This document shows positions 1-11,510 of a stretch of 34,578 nucleotides of DNA, one piece after another (the first letter of the stretch is position 1; each line of letters begins with the position of its first letter). Source of the DNA: Phoronis australis. Its lineage: Eukaryota; Animalia; Phoronida. Where the stretch lies: positions 2,253,412 to 2,287,989 of the forward strand of contig NMRA01000005.1 in NCBI GenBank assembly GCA_002633005.1. Reading direction: 5' to 3'. The translations under genes were made by a program, and so were the position numbers. Below the pieces are notes generated by a model. It saw only the letters and a program-made list of their open reading frames with translations, did no database searches and had not been told where the DNA came from.

Positions 1-5
1 AAGTT

Positions 6-170
6 CAGTGGCGGATCTAGGATATCACAAGGGTGGGGCCCAACATGTTGTCTGAAAACATTTGTGCAAAGCACGATTAGATGCGCATGGCACCGAATGG
101 GGGGAGGTGGGGAGGGGGGTTCGCCCCCTCCCGCCCAGGAAAATTTTTCTGTTTTTTCCTCTAAAAATCA
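6..170 (+). mobile_element. Left end of a hAT-type MITE (CAGTGGCGGATCTAGG terminus)
   Basis: CAGTGGCGGATCTAGG at 6-21, followed by a G-run/C-run subterminal hairpin (~99-133). Similar termini occur at 20107 and 33601. No partner TIR or TSD found. Confidence 0.4.
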
Positions 171-280
171 AGCATTTTCCTTGATTCCTGAAGTATTATC
201 CAAGAAAAAAAGGCAAAGAAAAAGAAAAAGAAAAAAAGGCGAACGTGTCAAACATGAAAAACTACAATTTCACACTTTTT

Positions 281-570
281 ATTCTTCACTACCGCGAGCC
301 ACTTCCTAAGCATTTCGGACTCTTGAGGAAGTCGAAAAAACGATATACCCACTTTCCTCGCAGCTCTTCGGACAAGTGGGAACAGTGCACCTCGACGTAG
401 GGGCATTCACTCTGCAAATGAACCACTGACGTTGCTTCATCGTTTCTCACCTTCCTCACAGGTTAACGCGACACCTCTCGGCAAGGTAAGGTCGACCGTA
501 TGCGAGGCGATGTGGATATAGACCGAATAAGACAGTAAAAAAGACTAACTAAATCGCGTGGCATTCTCCT
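281..570 (-). mobile_element. Truncated copy of the short TTAA-specific (Kolobok-like) family
   Basis: Reverse-complement homology to 16605-~16895 and direct homology to ~28765-29063. Ends GTGGCATTCTCCT followed by TTAA (571-574). Confidence 0.85.
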
Positions 571-3500
571 TTAAGAGCGTATAAATAGCATCATTCTTCA
601 CCTCTGAATCACCTGAACTGAATTCGAGTTCACAAATATTGATGAATTGGGCTAATTTTTCGAAAAATGAGGAACCAACTCTCCTTCGGTAGCCGCCATT
701 TAATCAATTCGGGAACCAATCACGGACTTCGTTTCATAATACTCATAATTCCGTTATTGAACAAATAAAACGAAACATCGAACATATAGTAAGTTAATTG
801 CACATAAATATTTTCAATATGGAATACAAAAACTTTAACATCTAATGTATTAAGTATAAGATCAAATATAAATATAAGATATCGGATACATATAATTACA
901 TCAAACATAATTTTTTGAACATTGAATTTTGCAACACATAACAGTCCACACACTACAAAGCTTCTTGGTTTTTCCTTGAATTGATAATAAGCTTGTAAAG
1001 AAATGGTTCTAAAGTCCAGAAATAACAGCCAATAGGCATTAAAGTCACAAACAATAAGTTAATACAGAGTCTGGTGTCTCAATCCTCATTGGATAGAAAA
1101 CTAGATACATTTAAACTTAAACCAGTAGGCAACCGCCCCTGAGTGGAAAAAACAGACAAGCCATATGGCGGGATCAGACAGGAACGATGATGTCACACTG
1201 GCCAAGCGACAACAACGAAGAATGAGCAATCGGAGTCGTCACGTTAAGCTCTTAGTGAATTTATATGTTGCTTAAGTTAAATTTCTGGGTATGATTTGTT
1301 TACAACCATTCATTTAACATGTTGTATTGAAATGTACGTTATCAGATTCTCTTCCTCATAGAAAACGGATACTAAGCCCTGTTTCTATGATTTCAACCAA
1401 CCGGCTGGGTCAAGTGTCACCTGCTAATGCACCATTGACATCAATCTTGAAAGATGAAAGCCGGAATCACCATATAAACTCATATCTCCTATTTCATAAA
1501 TTGGACATCATGGTTCTTGGTGGGTGGTCTTTTCCCACAGTTGCCGTGTTATTCGCTAAAAGCACACGCTCACCCATTAAAGTGGCATGGACCGCGAAAA
1601 CTCGTGAAAAATACGTTTTAAACGATCCCTAACGAAAGTAGCTTCTTGCAACTTTTACTACGGAGTTATTCACTTCCCCTTGAGAAGGAATTTGCAGAAA
1701 ATCACCCAATTCATGGTTTTTGAAAGAAGTACGAAGCAAAGGTTTGTATGGTAACCATCTAAACCTGCCAATCTCCCTCTCACTAATGATAAATGCGCGC
1801 ATGCGCTCAGTCATTCGATAAACGAACAGCTGAGTCAGTGTCAAGGTAAAGTCAGACAGTGTTGTGGAGTGAATACTTTGCCACCCAACGTGCTTTATAC
1901 CTCGTGCCGTCTGATTTGGGTCTGTCGCACTCATTGTGCTCATGTCGCTTCTTTGTTTTTGCGATTAACATTGTCATGGTTGGACAAATCTGTGACTGTG
2001 TCACATTTTGTGTCTGCCCATACTTGTAGATTGGACCAGTACTAGAGATTTGATAATTCAGCTGATCTGTAGTGGACTATTATTCATTTACACTATGTGT
2101 CTGAGGACGGCGCTGCGTTAATAATCACAGGCAGGGTTTTACTAGACAATACGAGACGAGATGTCTGACAGCTGGTCAAGAAAAGGGGATTTTCGTCTAA
2201 GTTAACCGACTCAGTTAGACAGAAAAGAAGGCAAGACTTGCAGCTGAAAGTTAATAAACGACGCATATATTTGGGTACAGAGCACGGTCGCTGGGAATCT
2301 CTTAGAAGTGAACTGTTGGTAGCTAATTCCGAGCTTCCCAAACGATAGCTTGATGAGTAAGTATTTGTTCGGTCCTGCTTTATATACTTCGGTAGTTATC
2401 GGGGCATTGCACTGCCCCAGTACTTTGAAATCACCTCGATCCAATAAAGTAGTGGTCCGAGATCTCGCTGAGAAAGTGAAGAGTGTGAAAGTTAAATTCA
2501 GACACAAATTCACCGACATTAGCTAAGCCTATATTAAGATTACACCTACTTGTCGCCATATATTGACGACTCGCTTATTTTTTTTCCAGTTTATAATTCT
2601 TGAAACACTAAGAGAAATTACAAAGCATTACTACTTTGAGATAGTACCATCGTCTCAACTGACCGCAGTAGAGACGACAGTAGTCCAATAGGCCTTCCAT
2701 ATGCAGGAAGCTTTTTGTCGAATTGTGCCGCATTGATTAATCCATCAATGTCATGTTGCTGCAACTAACTTTTGCAGACAAGGGAAAACCTTAAGAGAAT
2801 GTTAGTGTCTTAAACTCTTGCCATCGTGGTCAAATGATATCGGGCAAAGCAACAAAATCATGGACTGGCCCTTTCTGGGAAGTGGTCTATTTCTGTATTG
2901 ATTTAATCATTGCTGTATAGTTTTGAAATCACATCGAGGTTGACCTCCATGACAGAATAAACCAATCACTAAAGCACAACACAGGTGATCACCAGAGTTT
3001 GCTAGTGCTTGAACTTGGCTACCAGGGTTGTACCACTCATACCTGTGCAAAATGAGATGAACAAAGGGTGTATCAGAAAGAAATCTTGATTACCAAAATA
3101 TTTGTTGGAGCTGGAAGGAATGACATAGACAGCCTCCTTAGGTGACCATGTCTATGTTATAAAGGTACTTAAGGCAGCAAGACTTTGATGGTTTAGTGTG
3201 TGTGAGGCACGAGTTGCCGAAAGGCTTCTTGCTGCCCCTAGAAGACCATCTGTGCCACCAGTTATGGCCCAGTTCAGACAGCAATTCTGTTTCAGTGACA
3301 AGTCGTGCATTTTGTTAGATTTAGCGCTTACAAAGTAGGTACAAAGTTTGTAACCTTGTTTATCTTGTTGTACCTTATCTGCAGACCTATGTATATTGAC
3401 ATAAAGTGGTATTATAATCTGAGAGATCAAAAGGCCTGCCTTCTTCAAAGATAATATGCAACATCTAGAAGAAAATCCACTGCTAAAACCCCATTAATAA

Positions 3501-5207
3501 AAATTTCGCTGCCCTACAAAGGTTTACAAAGAAAAACCACACATTTTTGTTGATGTATTTTCAAAATTCAAAAATACATCAACTGAGGACAATTTTTTGT
3601 TAAAATTCCAATTCACAACAGAAATTAGGTAATGAATTGCACTCACAACGTTTGTGACGGTGATTCATGTAGTTTGGCGAATTGTACCGCCTGTATGCTT
3701 TGAAATCTGTGCCCGCAGTCAATAACTAGGTTACTGTAATTTCATTTTTGCTCTGCAGGTATGAAGTGGCACAAAGTGAAAGACTGGCAACAATGTCTAG
3801 AGAAGTGTACACAGAGTCGGCACCTGCAACATCTGCAATGCCCCAGTTTGTTCAAAGGTATTCTAGAAATTATTTTTTCAGTTAATGTGTGTTGTCTACT
3901 TATATTTTCACCTACTAGTACTTGTGGCTATGACAATACATGTCATGAAAATTTGCGTAAGTTGAAAACTCCAAGTCAATTTTTATGAGGGTTAATAATT
4001 TAAATCAAATCATCCCAGCTTGCCATTTTTTGAAATATTTCTGAACTTGCACTCATTAAGCCTTAACTGGCTTGGACTATGGACAGAATGGTTGTATTTT
4101 CATCAAGATTTTGCTTTCCTAACTTTGTTCTACGTTGAACTTGATTTTATTGTGCCTTTTTAACACTTGAATTATTGTGAAAATATTGTGACTTGTTTTA
4201 CTGAACTGACTCCGAACTTAATCGAAAAGCATTGTTCTTGAAACGAGTTTAAAAGTAACCAAATTTTCTTTGATGTTATCTTTACAGATATGACTGTGTT
4301 ACTGCTGTTGAGAAGACAGGGACCTCAAAACTGGCCTCTTCAATACCAACTGGTTAACATCCATCGACATTACTCAGGTGTGAAATTGTTATTCAGAATG
4401 AATACTTGTACTCTACGTTACTGACTTATGTACTTACAGGGCTTGACGAACATGGGATGTCAAGACTTAAAATTTAAAAGCCGTCGGCTTATTTGGCCAT
4501 GTCTCTGACAATTATGAGCTTCTAAACTGCACCGATTGAAATACCCTGTTAAACGGGAGCAAGGCAATCAAACATACAAACTTCGATTCATATGTACAAC
4601 ACTTGAATAGTAGATACAAACCACATCAAATGTATGAACAAAAACTTCATGCATGTAAACCAAAAACCAGGGGTGTGAACTAATATCACATAATTGGGTA
4701 AACATTTTCTAGTGATGGTGGTCATCATTCGTTTTCCCAAGGAGTCCAGGACTAAGCAAAATGGCAGCATAAAATGTATCTACAGAAGAACTATGTTCTT
4801 ACATGCTATTTGTAAGTCTGATTTTTGTTCGTACGCTTGATTTGTTAGTTCGTGTGCACGACTTTTTCTTTGTACATGTCATGTTGTGGTTCGTATGTAT
4901 GAATAAAGTGTTCTTCCTAATGATGCAGTGTTGTGCGCGTGACCTGAAGTTCCTGTGTAAGACTTGAAGCTTGTGCGTATCACTCAAATTTTGTACCTAT
5001 CACTGCCTGGTAGGCACCCTTGTGTAGTTGCTGACAAATGTCGAATTCAAGGTAACTTTCTTTATTACTTAAATGTGATTATGCCAATGGTGTATTTTCA
5101 GTGGGCTTGAGCTTTCTGGGGTCAATGCAAGTGATTCTGCCTGTGACGACGAAGCTTCGAGGTAGTATATCCAAGCCATTCATTACAAGGGTAAGGTGAA
5201 GGTACTG

Positions 5208-5437
5208 GGGCCTGTTCCAAGAAACTGACAAGTTCATTTTTTACTTAAGCTTAATATTTGTCTTAACTTTCAAACTTTGAAACTTCCAATTTTGGTAAGT
5301 TAAGACAAAACTTATGTCAAGTACTTAAGTCAAACTTAAGATCTCTTTCTCGAATTGGTTTTGAGACAAATTTTACTTTATTTTGAATTAAAATTTGAAA
5401 TTTATCTTAGCTAAGTCCGTTCTGTTGGAACGGGCCA
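5208..5437. mobile_element. PIF/Harbinger-type MITE (230 bp)
   Basis: TIR GGGCCTGTTCCAA / TTGGAACGGGCCA (11/13), 3-bp TSD CTG at 5205-5207 and 5438-5440, AT-rich interior with repeated CTTAAG/TTAAG motifs. Confidence 0.7.
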
Positions 5438-5924
5438 CTGATCTTTAAAATTTGAGAGAACTACTCAGTGCTTATAAATTATCTTGACAACAAATTGTTT
5501 AGTGTTGTAATTGATAATTGAATTGTGAAATATTTTGTGCATATAATATGCATGGTATATTCCCACAAAAAATGAATTTTTCTACATGTCTAGCATGGTC
5601 AGGAATGGTGTGCATGACTGAAATTTTGCATACTCTGTATACATGCATTGTATTTGTGATTTGCAGAAATGTACCTAAAAGTGAATGCATCAAAAATCAA
5701 ATGAGCAGCAGTTTTGGTGACCCTTTTGAGTAAATACCACCTTTTAGGTGCGGTCTTATAGGCCATCCTGCGACTAATCTTGTCATATTTGTGTTTTTAA
5801 CGTGACAAGTTGGTATTCTTAACTTATTTGAACATAGTGTGGGCAGAGTTGAATTCACTGATTGCTTTTGCAGCTACATTTCTTTGCACCAAATTTGACA
5901 TTTTTTTCTTTTTTGAAGTTGATT

Positions 5925-6388
5925 GCTATGTTCCTCCTAACCTTCCATGCCTTCCTCAGGGTCGGCGAATTCACAGTCACCTCCGCGCTCTCCTCCCATG
6001 TCATACAGGTCAGCGACGTCGTCCCTTCAAGCACAGCTCGGGACCAGTCTCACTTACAATTCCGTCCAGCCAATCTCCCCATTGCCCAGTAGCTGCCCTA
6101 ACCTTGTACTTGTCTACTTTTCAGCCCTATCCTGGCACCTTGTTGCAACACCTCAGTGGATCACCGGTTACACGTTCCTGCTTCAACTCCATGTTAACTA
6201 AAGTGGTTTCCTTTGTAGGACTCGACACCAAGTCTTATACGTCACATAGCTTTCGCATTGGCGCCGCCACCTCTGCGACCAGCCGTGGCGTCCCTGAACC
6301 GGTGATCCAGCGCATGGGGCGCTGGAAATCTGACGCACTAAAAAACTACATTCGCATGTCTGCTTTTCCTCTTCCCCAGGCTTCCTGA
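5925..6388 (+). pseudogene. Tyrosine recombinase of DIRS/Ngaro retroelement type (5'-truncated, frameshifted)
   Basis: AMFLLTFHAFLRVGEFT (frame of ORF 5862-6092), then FKHS..CPVAALTLYL..SHSFRIGAATSA..IQRMGRWKSDALKNYIR (ORF 5810-6388). Catalytic R, K, HxxR, W and Y are recognisable across the two frames. Confidence 0.9.
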
Positions 6389-7455
6389 ACTCCTGGTGAG
6401 CCTGTTGTTGCAGCTCCCCATTTCTCTCACTTTGCTTTTCAGCCCCTCCCACTACTCTGGGTCTGTGGTTTCAGCCCCCCTTGGTCAGGTCTGTTGTTGC
6501 AGCCGGCCTCGTCCCGCTCGCAGGTGTGTTGGTGCAGCCTGTGGCCCAAGGTCTGTAGTTGCAAGCTTGAATTTCTAGTCATTAGTTCTAGTTACCTTTA
6601 CTTCCAGTTCGTTCTGTTCTTGTTTTTTATATTCTAGACTTTTGTATTCTAGTTTTCTGTTATACCGTTATTAGTACCTACATTTTATCATAGTCTAACC
6701 TTGTTATTGCCCGGGTTCCGCTTCCTCTGATGTCAGCATTCCCGTGCTGCCATTATGGCGTTTTGTCCATGCCCATCTTAGTTAGTTTTATCTATTTACG
6801 TCATAATAAATGACAATATTCGCAATCCTCCTCTTGTTTTACTCTGCAACATAGCTCGTGGCGTACCCCGGGCAAAATAGATTACGATAAATTAAATTCA
6901 ACTTGTTAAATGCATTTATCGACATTATTTTGACATTTGTCTCTTTATTTTGATACCAGTCCTTAGGGTTTATTTTGCATTATTCATCTCTATTTATATC
7001 CTCATATATTCATACATTTCTCTACGCGACACCTGATTGGCCGCCCATATTTCCTTTGTTCAGTTCAACGTGGTCTCTCTCTTTCAGCCACCTACCTCGT
7101 CGTCTACAAGACCTACGTTTGTTCTCCTGCCCTGCATTTTTCCCCACCCCCCATCCCGGGTGTCGGTTTCCCTTTCTCTTTTCTCATATACATTTCCTGT
7201 TAGTTTTTTTTCCAGTTTTGTATTCATGTTTTGTACTTTTCCTTGAAGCCCTTCAGGCAGTTCTTTTGTTTTGTTCCCTCTTTCAGGGCTATTCATTGTA
7301 CACGCCGGTGGGCGTTTTGTCCATGCCCATCTTGCAGAGTCTTAGTTAGTTTTATCTATTTACGTCATAATAAATGACAATATTCGCAATCCTCCTCTTG
7401 TTTTACTCTGCAACATAGTTCGTGGCGTACCCTGGGCAAAATAGATTACGATAAA
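5925..7455 (+). mobile_element. 3' portion of an Ngaro-like YR retrotransposon with split direct repeats (B1-A-B2)
   Basis: The YR ORF is followed by direct repeat B1 6757-6891 and B2 7311-7455 (near-identical; B1 lacks 10 bp GCAGAGTCTT), separated by ~420 bp. Lies in an intron of the Kolobok-like gene. Confidence 0.7.
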
Positions 7456-8399
7456 ATTTGTGGTGGTACTTTATTTGACATCAAGTCATAAGCGTGTGCT
7501 CTGGATAGAATTTCCTAAGTCTGTTTTTTGAGTTCTAAGTATAAAGACCATGTCGTACATGGTTCGGTTTCTACATATTATACCTTAATAGCGGTTAGGC
7601 GATATGTGCTGAAATCCAATAAATGCAGACTGACCAATCTTAAACCATTTAAGCAAAAGAAACACTTGAACATTATTGAATTTCTATATTACAGGCTAAC
7701 GATTGATGTTTCTGAGGACTTAACATGCGATGACATGGACAATGAATGTAAGTGCAACATAACCATTGGATACACATATAAATTATGAGTTATCTAAATT
7801 TTTATGAAAATACATCATTGTTCAATCCTGACAATGTTAATGTATATAGTGGAAACTTATCTTCTACTGACCATTGGTCGTAATAGCTCGGTGCATGGAC
7901 AGCAAGGGGTCTCGGGTTTGAGGCCCTGACAGGACAGAAATCTTTTCACAGTAGTAACAATTAGGTTCCGCAAACTGACTAAAGAAGGCATCGTGAGGCG
8001 TCATCAAGCATTATATGCATAAAATATTTGAATTCTGAAAGAATTGTATTTAACTGTTCTCCAGTGCACATAATGCGAGCCATGTTACTTAGTAGTTCAA
8101 CTGCGTTACAGGGGCTAGGTGTTGTGTCCTTTTTGAAATTCTACAGGGTAAGATCATCATACTTTCTCTTGTTGCAGTCCAGAAAGTATCTTTGGTGATG
8201 TGGATATCAGCGATGTCGGATTTGGAGATGAAGAATTTGGTGGAGAGGGGGTTGCAGGAGATAGCATCAATAGGTACCGCGATAGAGATTATGATGACAC
8301 GTTGTCTACAGGTTTCTGTGGTGTCCACAGGATTCATAATGCAGCTGGTGCACACTCAGCTGTGGACGATAGCAAATTCATTGTTTTTAAGACACCCTC

Positions 8400-9033
8400 C
8401 TTTCCATTTCAAATTTCATCAACGTGTCTTGCAAAGAGTGTCAGCGATGTTCGGATTTCCTCTTCTGTTAAGAGCTCAACACTGTCTTTCTGCCACCTTC
8501 TCCAAAAGGTGTCGCACTTGCTCATTTGGTCATTGCATTTATTCTTCACTGAAATGAGGAGATTTTTCACCAATTACACACAGGAGATATTTATCCCATC
8601 TTGTATTCTCACTTAGCTATAAGCTCATCTCACTACTAGAACAAACTGGAATTTTGTTCAATAGTTGAGGTCACATCTTATTTTGCATCATTAGACAAAT
8701 GATAACCACATGAAAATCTGCGTAAAATGTAATGGCTCCCAATTTCTTCAAGATGTAACATGACTTAGATTGTTAAGTATAGGATGTCTTATATATTTAC
8801 AAATCATAAATGCTTCTCTGAACTAGAGTTTTTGAGTTGCTTTTTCACATGTTTAGTGTTCATGATGAAGCACCTGTATGTCAGCTTGACGAGATGCATA
8901 AGCTTGCAGACCACGTTGAGCTGCGGTCACTGAGGCTGGACCTGTAGTAGCTGTAGCGACTGACCTCCCTTTCCTTCCTCTACCTCCTCTTACACTTACA
9001 CCTCTCCTTGTTCTCCTGGCTCTCCAACGTACC
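8400..9033 (-). pseudogene. Exons of a second, convergent gene of the large element (possible KolX-like accessory protein N-terminus)
   Basis: Minus-strand exon 9033-8874 (AG/GT bounded) reads VRWRARRTRRGVSVRGGRGRKGR..QADIQ. It splices in phase 0 to an exon starting at 8548 (*RINAMT[frameshift]EQVRHLLEKVAERQ). A possible first exon is 11014-10956 (ATG..GTAAGT). No Cys-rich domain remains. Confidence 0.45.
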
Positions 9034-11510
9034 CTATGGAAATAAACAGGCCTTTCAAATTTCACATAAAGTCTCGAAAGTCATCAAAAGCCATGCCTAA
9101 CATTGGATGTAATTTCCAAACCAAAGCAAATGCTTCAAACAAGACTGGTAATGTTTGAAAATATTATGTTTGTGACAGCATTTCATTAGCGAGGTCTCAG
9201 CCCCAGTCTGTTAGTCTAAGCTCTTGTTACGTTTTATCCCATGGATAGGTGGGCGCAGGTTGTCACTGATCGATTCTAATAGGTTTTTAGTACAATGGTA
9301 GACTTAACACTTGTTCGAGTTAAGCACTTTATTTGTCTTGACTGTGTGCTCATAAGTCCATTCAAACAAAGTGTACAAGGTAATGTCTGTCCTACGCTCT
9401 GCTTTGCAAAGCCTTGACTTGTGAATCAGTTTCAGCACCTGCTGCAATTGTTGGTTCAATAACATGCTACTTTTGACAGCTCTTTTTTTTCCCTAGCCAC
9501 ACCTGAAGTTTTAGAAAAGTTATGTGCAATTGAAACTGTACAACGGCTGATGTTGGAGCCGATGTTGTGAACTATGGCAGTGCCTCAACCGTTCTGTTAT
9601 TTTCTCGTCTGGAATGATAATTAGATGCACAATGAACACTAGAAAAAATTATTTTCAATTAATGTTGCTGCAATTTCTGATGTTTTACTGGGGCCAATTT
9701 TCTGGAAGTGCAGGTTATCATTCTGTTCGCCCAAAGGTGTGGATTGATTCTGTCTTTTTCTTTCTCAACACAGTTGTGTTGCTCAAATGGCATAGCCTGC
9801 ATCATGTAACTTTGTATCCTTCCATGAGTCCATACATCATTGATATTTCATTGTAGTCAGATGTAAACGTGGAGGTCAGCTTAATAAAACAAAAGTTGAT
9901 TGCAAAGCGCAGATTTTTGCAAATCCCTAAATTGCTAAGTGCTTGTAGTTATAGTCATTGAAAATGTGTAACATACTTTGAAGAAAAGCATATTTATTTA
10001 GATCATGATGATGCTCAATAAAATAAAACGTTTGAATGCTGTTGGGACTGAATGTTCATTATGATGCATATTGCAAACTAAAACTGGGAAAACAAATGGG
10101 TCAATTATATCTTTACCACCAGTCGTTGGAACAGATGTGTCTTTGACTTAACATCATCACATCTTTCCATGTAGTGACAATGTAAAGTATCAGATGACCT
10201 GAGTTAACAGCTTTTGAGATAATAGTAGATAAACTGTGTTTAAGTTTCAAAAAGATATCAAAATTTAGCATTAGAGATTTAATCTTCCCATTTTTAAAGT
10301 TTTATTTAAAAAAACACTGTGAAGCACCTGGTAATTGGTTAGAATTACTATAAATAATAGTGTGATGACTATGACATTGATTTAGTGTAATTAAAAAGTA
10401 GATGAAGTCATTGCAGTTGGTCAATAAAAACATGGCCATTTGAATCCAAAAATGCATTGACTTCATGTACTTTAGGCCCACTGAGTACACCTGGCCCCAG
10501 AATTCAAAAAAAAACCCTGGGTCAGAAATTATGGGTAATTTTTGAATCTGTAAACAAGAAGATCCAATGAAAGTTTTCAGAGGAATTCAGCTTACATTTT
10601 CTTCCCACCACAAACAGCTGAGGATTTAGCTACTGGGTTACTTTAGTACTAAACGGTGAATACGCAGTCGCCATGTAGTAAAAATCACCCCTAGATACAG
10701 TGTAGTTATAAATAATACGTACAGTCACGACACATTGAAATTTTTTTAGCAAAATGGTGCTCTTGTTGACCACAGATTATAGACAATATATATATATATA
10801 CGCCTATCGGTGAGCCAGACTATTTTCACTCACTAAACAATAAGACATGAATCGAACGTTTTCCGTTAGAAATACACATAAATGAAATCTCAAGCAAAAA
10901 AGTTGATTAGGTCATACTCGGGAGAGCTCAAAAACCAAATAAATCGATAACTTACTTCAGAAATTGGAATTCTTTGAGCCAATCGAGGCGTCGACTGCTT
11001 TCGAAATTAGCCATCACTGTTTTGCTTTCACCTCTCTGAGGTCATCAGGCCATTTCCAAATAAGGCACCGCAATGCATTTTGGGACTGTAATGTCGGACT
11101 TGACGACCACGAAGGCGTGTCTTTTTGGTCAACTTTCAAACGTAAAGAAAAATACTCCAAACTCATCTAAAACTCACTATATTTACGAAACCTGCAAAAA
11201 AACCTGTACGCCATGACATGATACAGGTTTCATACAAGATGAGTGACGTTTACTTTCTTATTTTTACTATTTTTTGCGGTCCATGCCACTTTAAGCAGAC
11301 TTTGAAAGGAGTTTTCAAATTTTCCTCTAAGCTTTTGAATGTTGTCGAGGGTAACAGAGCATTATTTCGTTTCAGAGAACTAGATAGGAAAGTCGTTTTT
11401 AGTGTCTGTTTATAGGCCAAAACATGGTCTGGTATCTTTTAAACTTTGTGGGTTTCTACTCACTCGGAGAGGTTTCCAGAACATTTGGTGTATCGGAACG
11501 AGTACAAGGA

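Larger units (their letters stand above)
2169..8395 (+). pseudogene. Spliced N-terminal part of a Kolobok-like transposase, truncated before the catalytic domain
   Basis: GT-AG exon candidates 2169-2356, 3759-3857, 4288-4377, 5102-~5160, ~5668-5729, ~7694-7747, 8178-~8395. The first joins are phase-compatible (phase 2). Exon 1 reads KRRQDLQLKVNKRRIYLGTEHGRWESLRSELLVANSELPKR*LD; later exons are acidic (DPFE/LTIDVSED, DISDVGFGDEE) and end at DDSKFIVFKT. Contains stops (e.g. 2346-2348) and one phase mismatch. Confidence 0.6.
1581..11290 (+). mobile_element. Large internally deleted Kolobok-like DNA transposon (9.7 kb)
   Basis: TTAA(1577-1580)-AGTGGCATGGACCGC ... GCGGTCCATGCCACT-TTAA(11291-11294): perfect 15-bp TIR, TTAA duplication, AG...CT termini (not the CCY termini of piggyBac). 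Contains convergent spliced gene remnants. Confidence 0.85.

Noticed and set aside
64-309. 81-aa ORF with G-rich and K/R-rich tracts
   Set aside because: Translation of a MITE hairpin and A-rich runs, crossing into another repeat.
571-1254. Possible TIR pair TAAGAGC / GCTCTTA and a minus ATGGCG start at ~699
   Set aside because: Only 7 bp match and the frame stops after 15 codons.
1629-1943. 104-aa minus ORF
   Set aside because: Lies in the subterminal region of the large element and shows no recognisable motif.
7875-7935. tRNA/SINE-like segment with degenerate B box (GGGTTTGAGGCCC)
   Set aside because: No cloverleaf, no clear A box and no second copy.
9497-9570. Plus-strand exon-like stretch after a polypyrimidine-AG
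   Set aside because: Lies beyond the junction, inside the minus-strand gene region, with no supporting motif.
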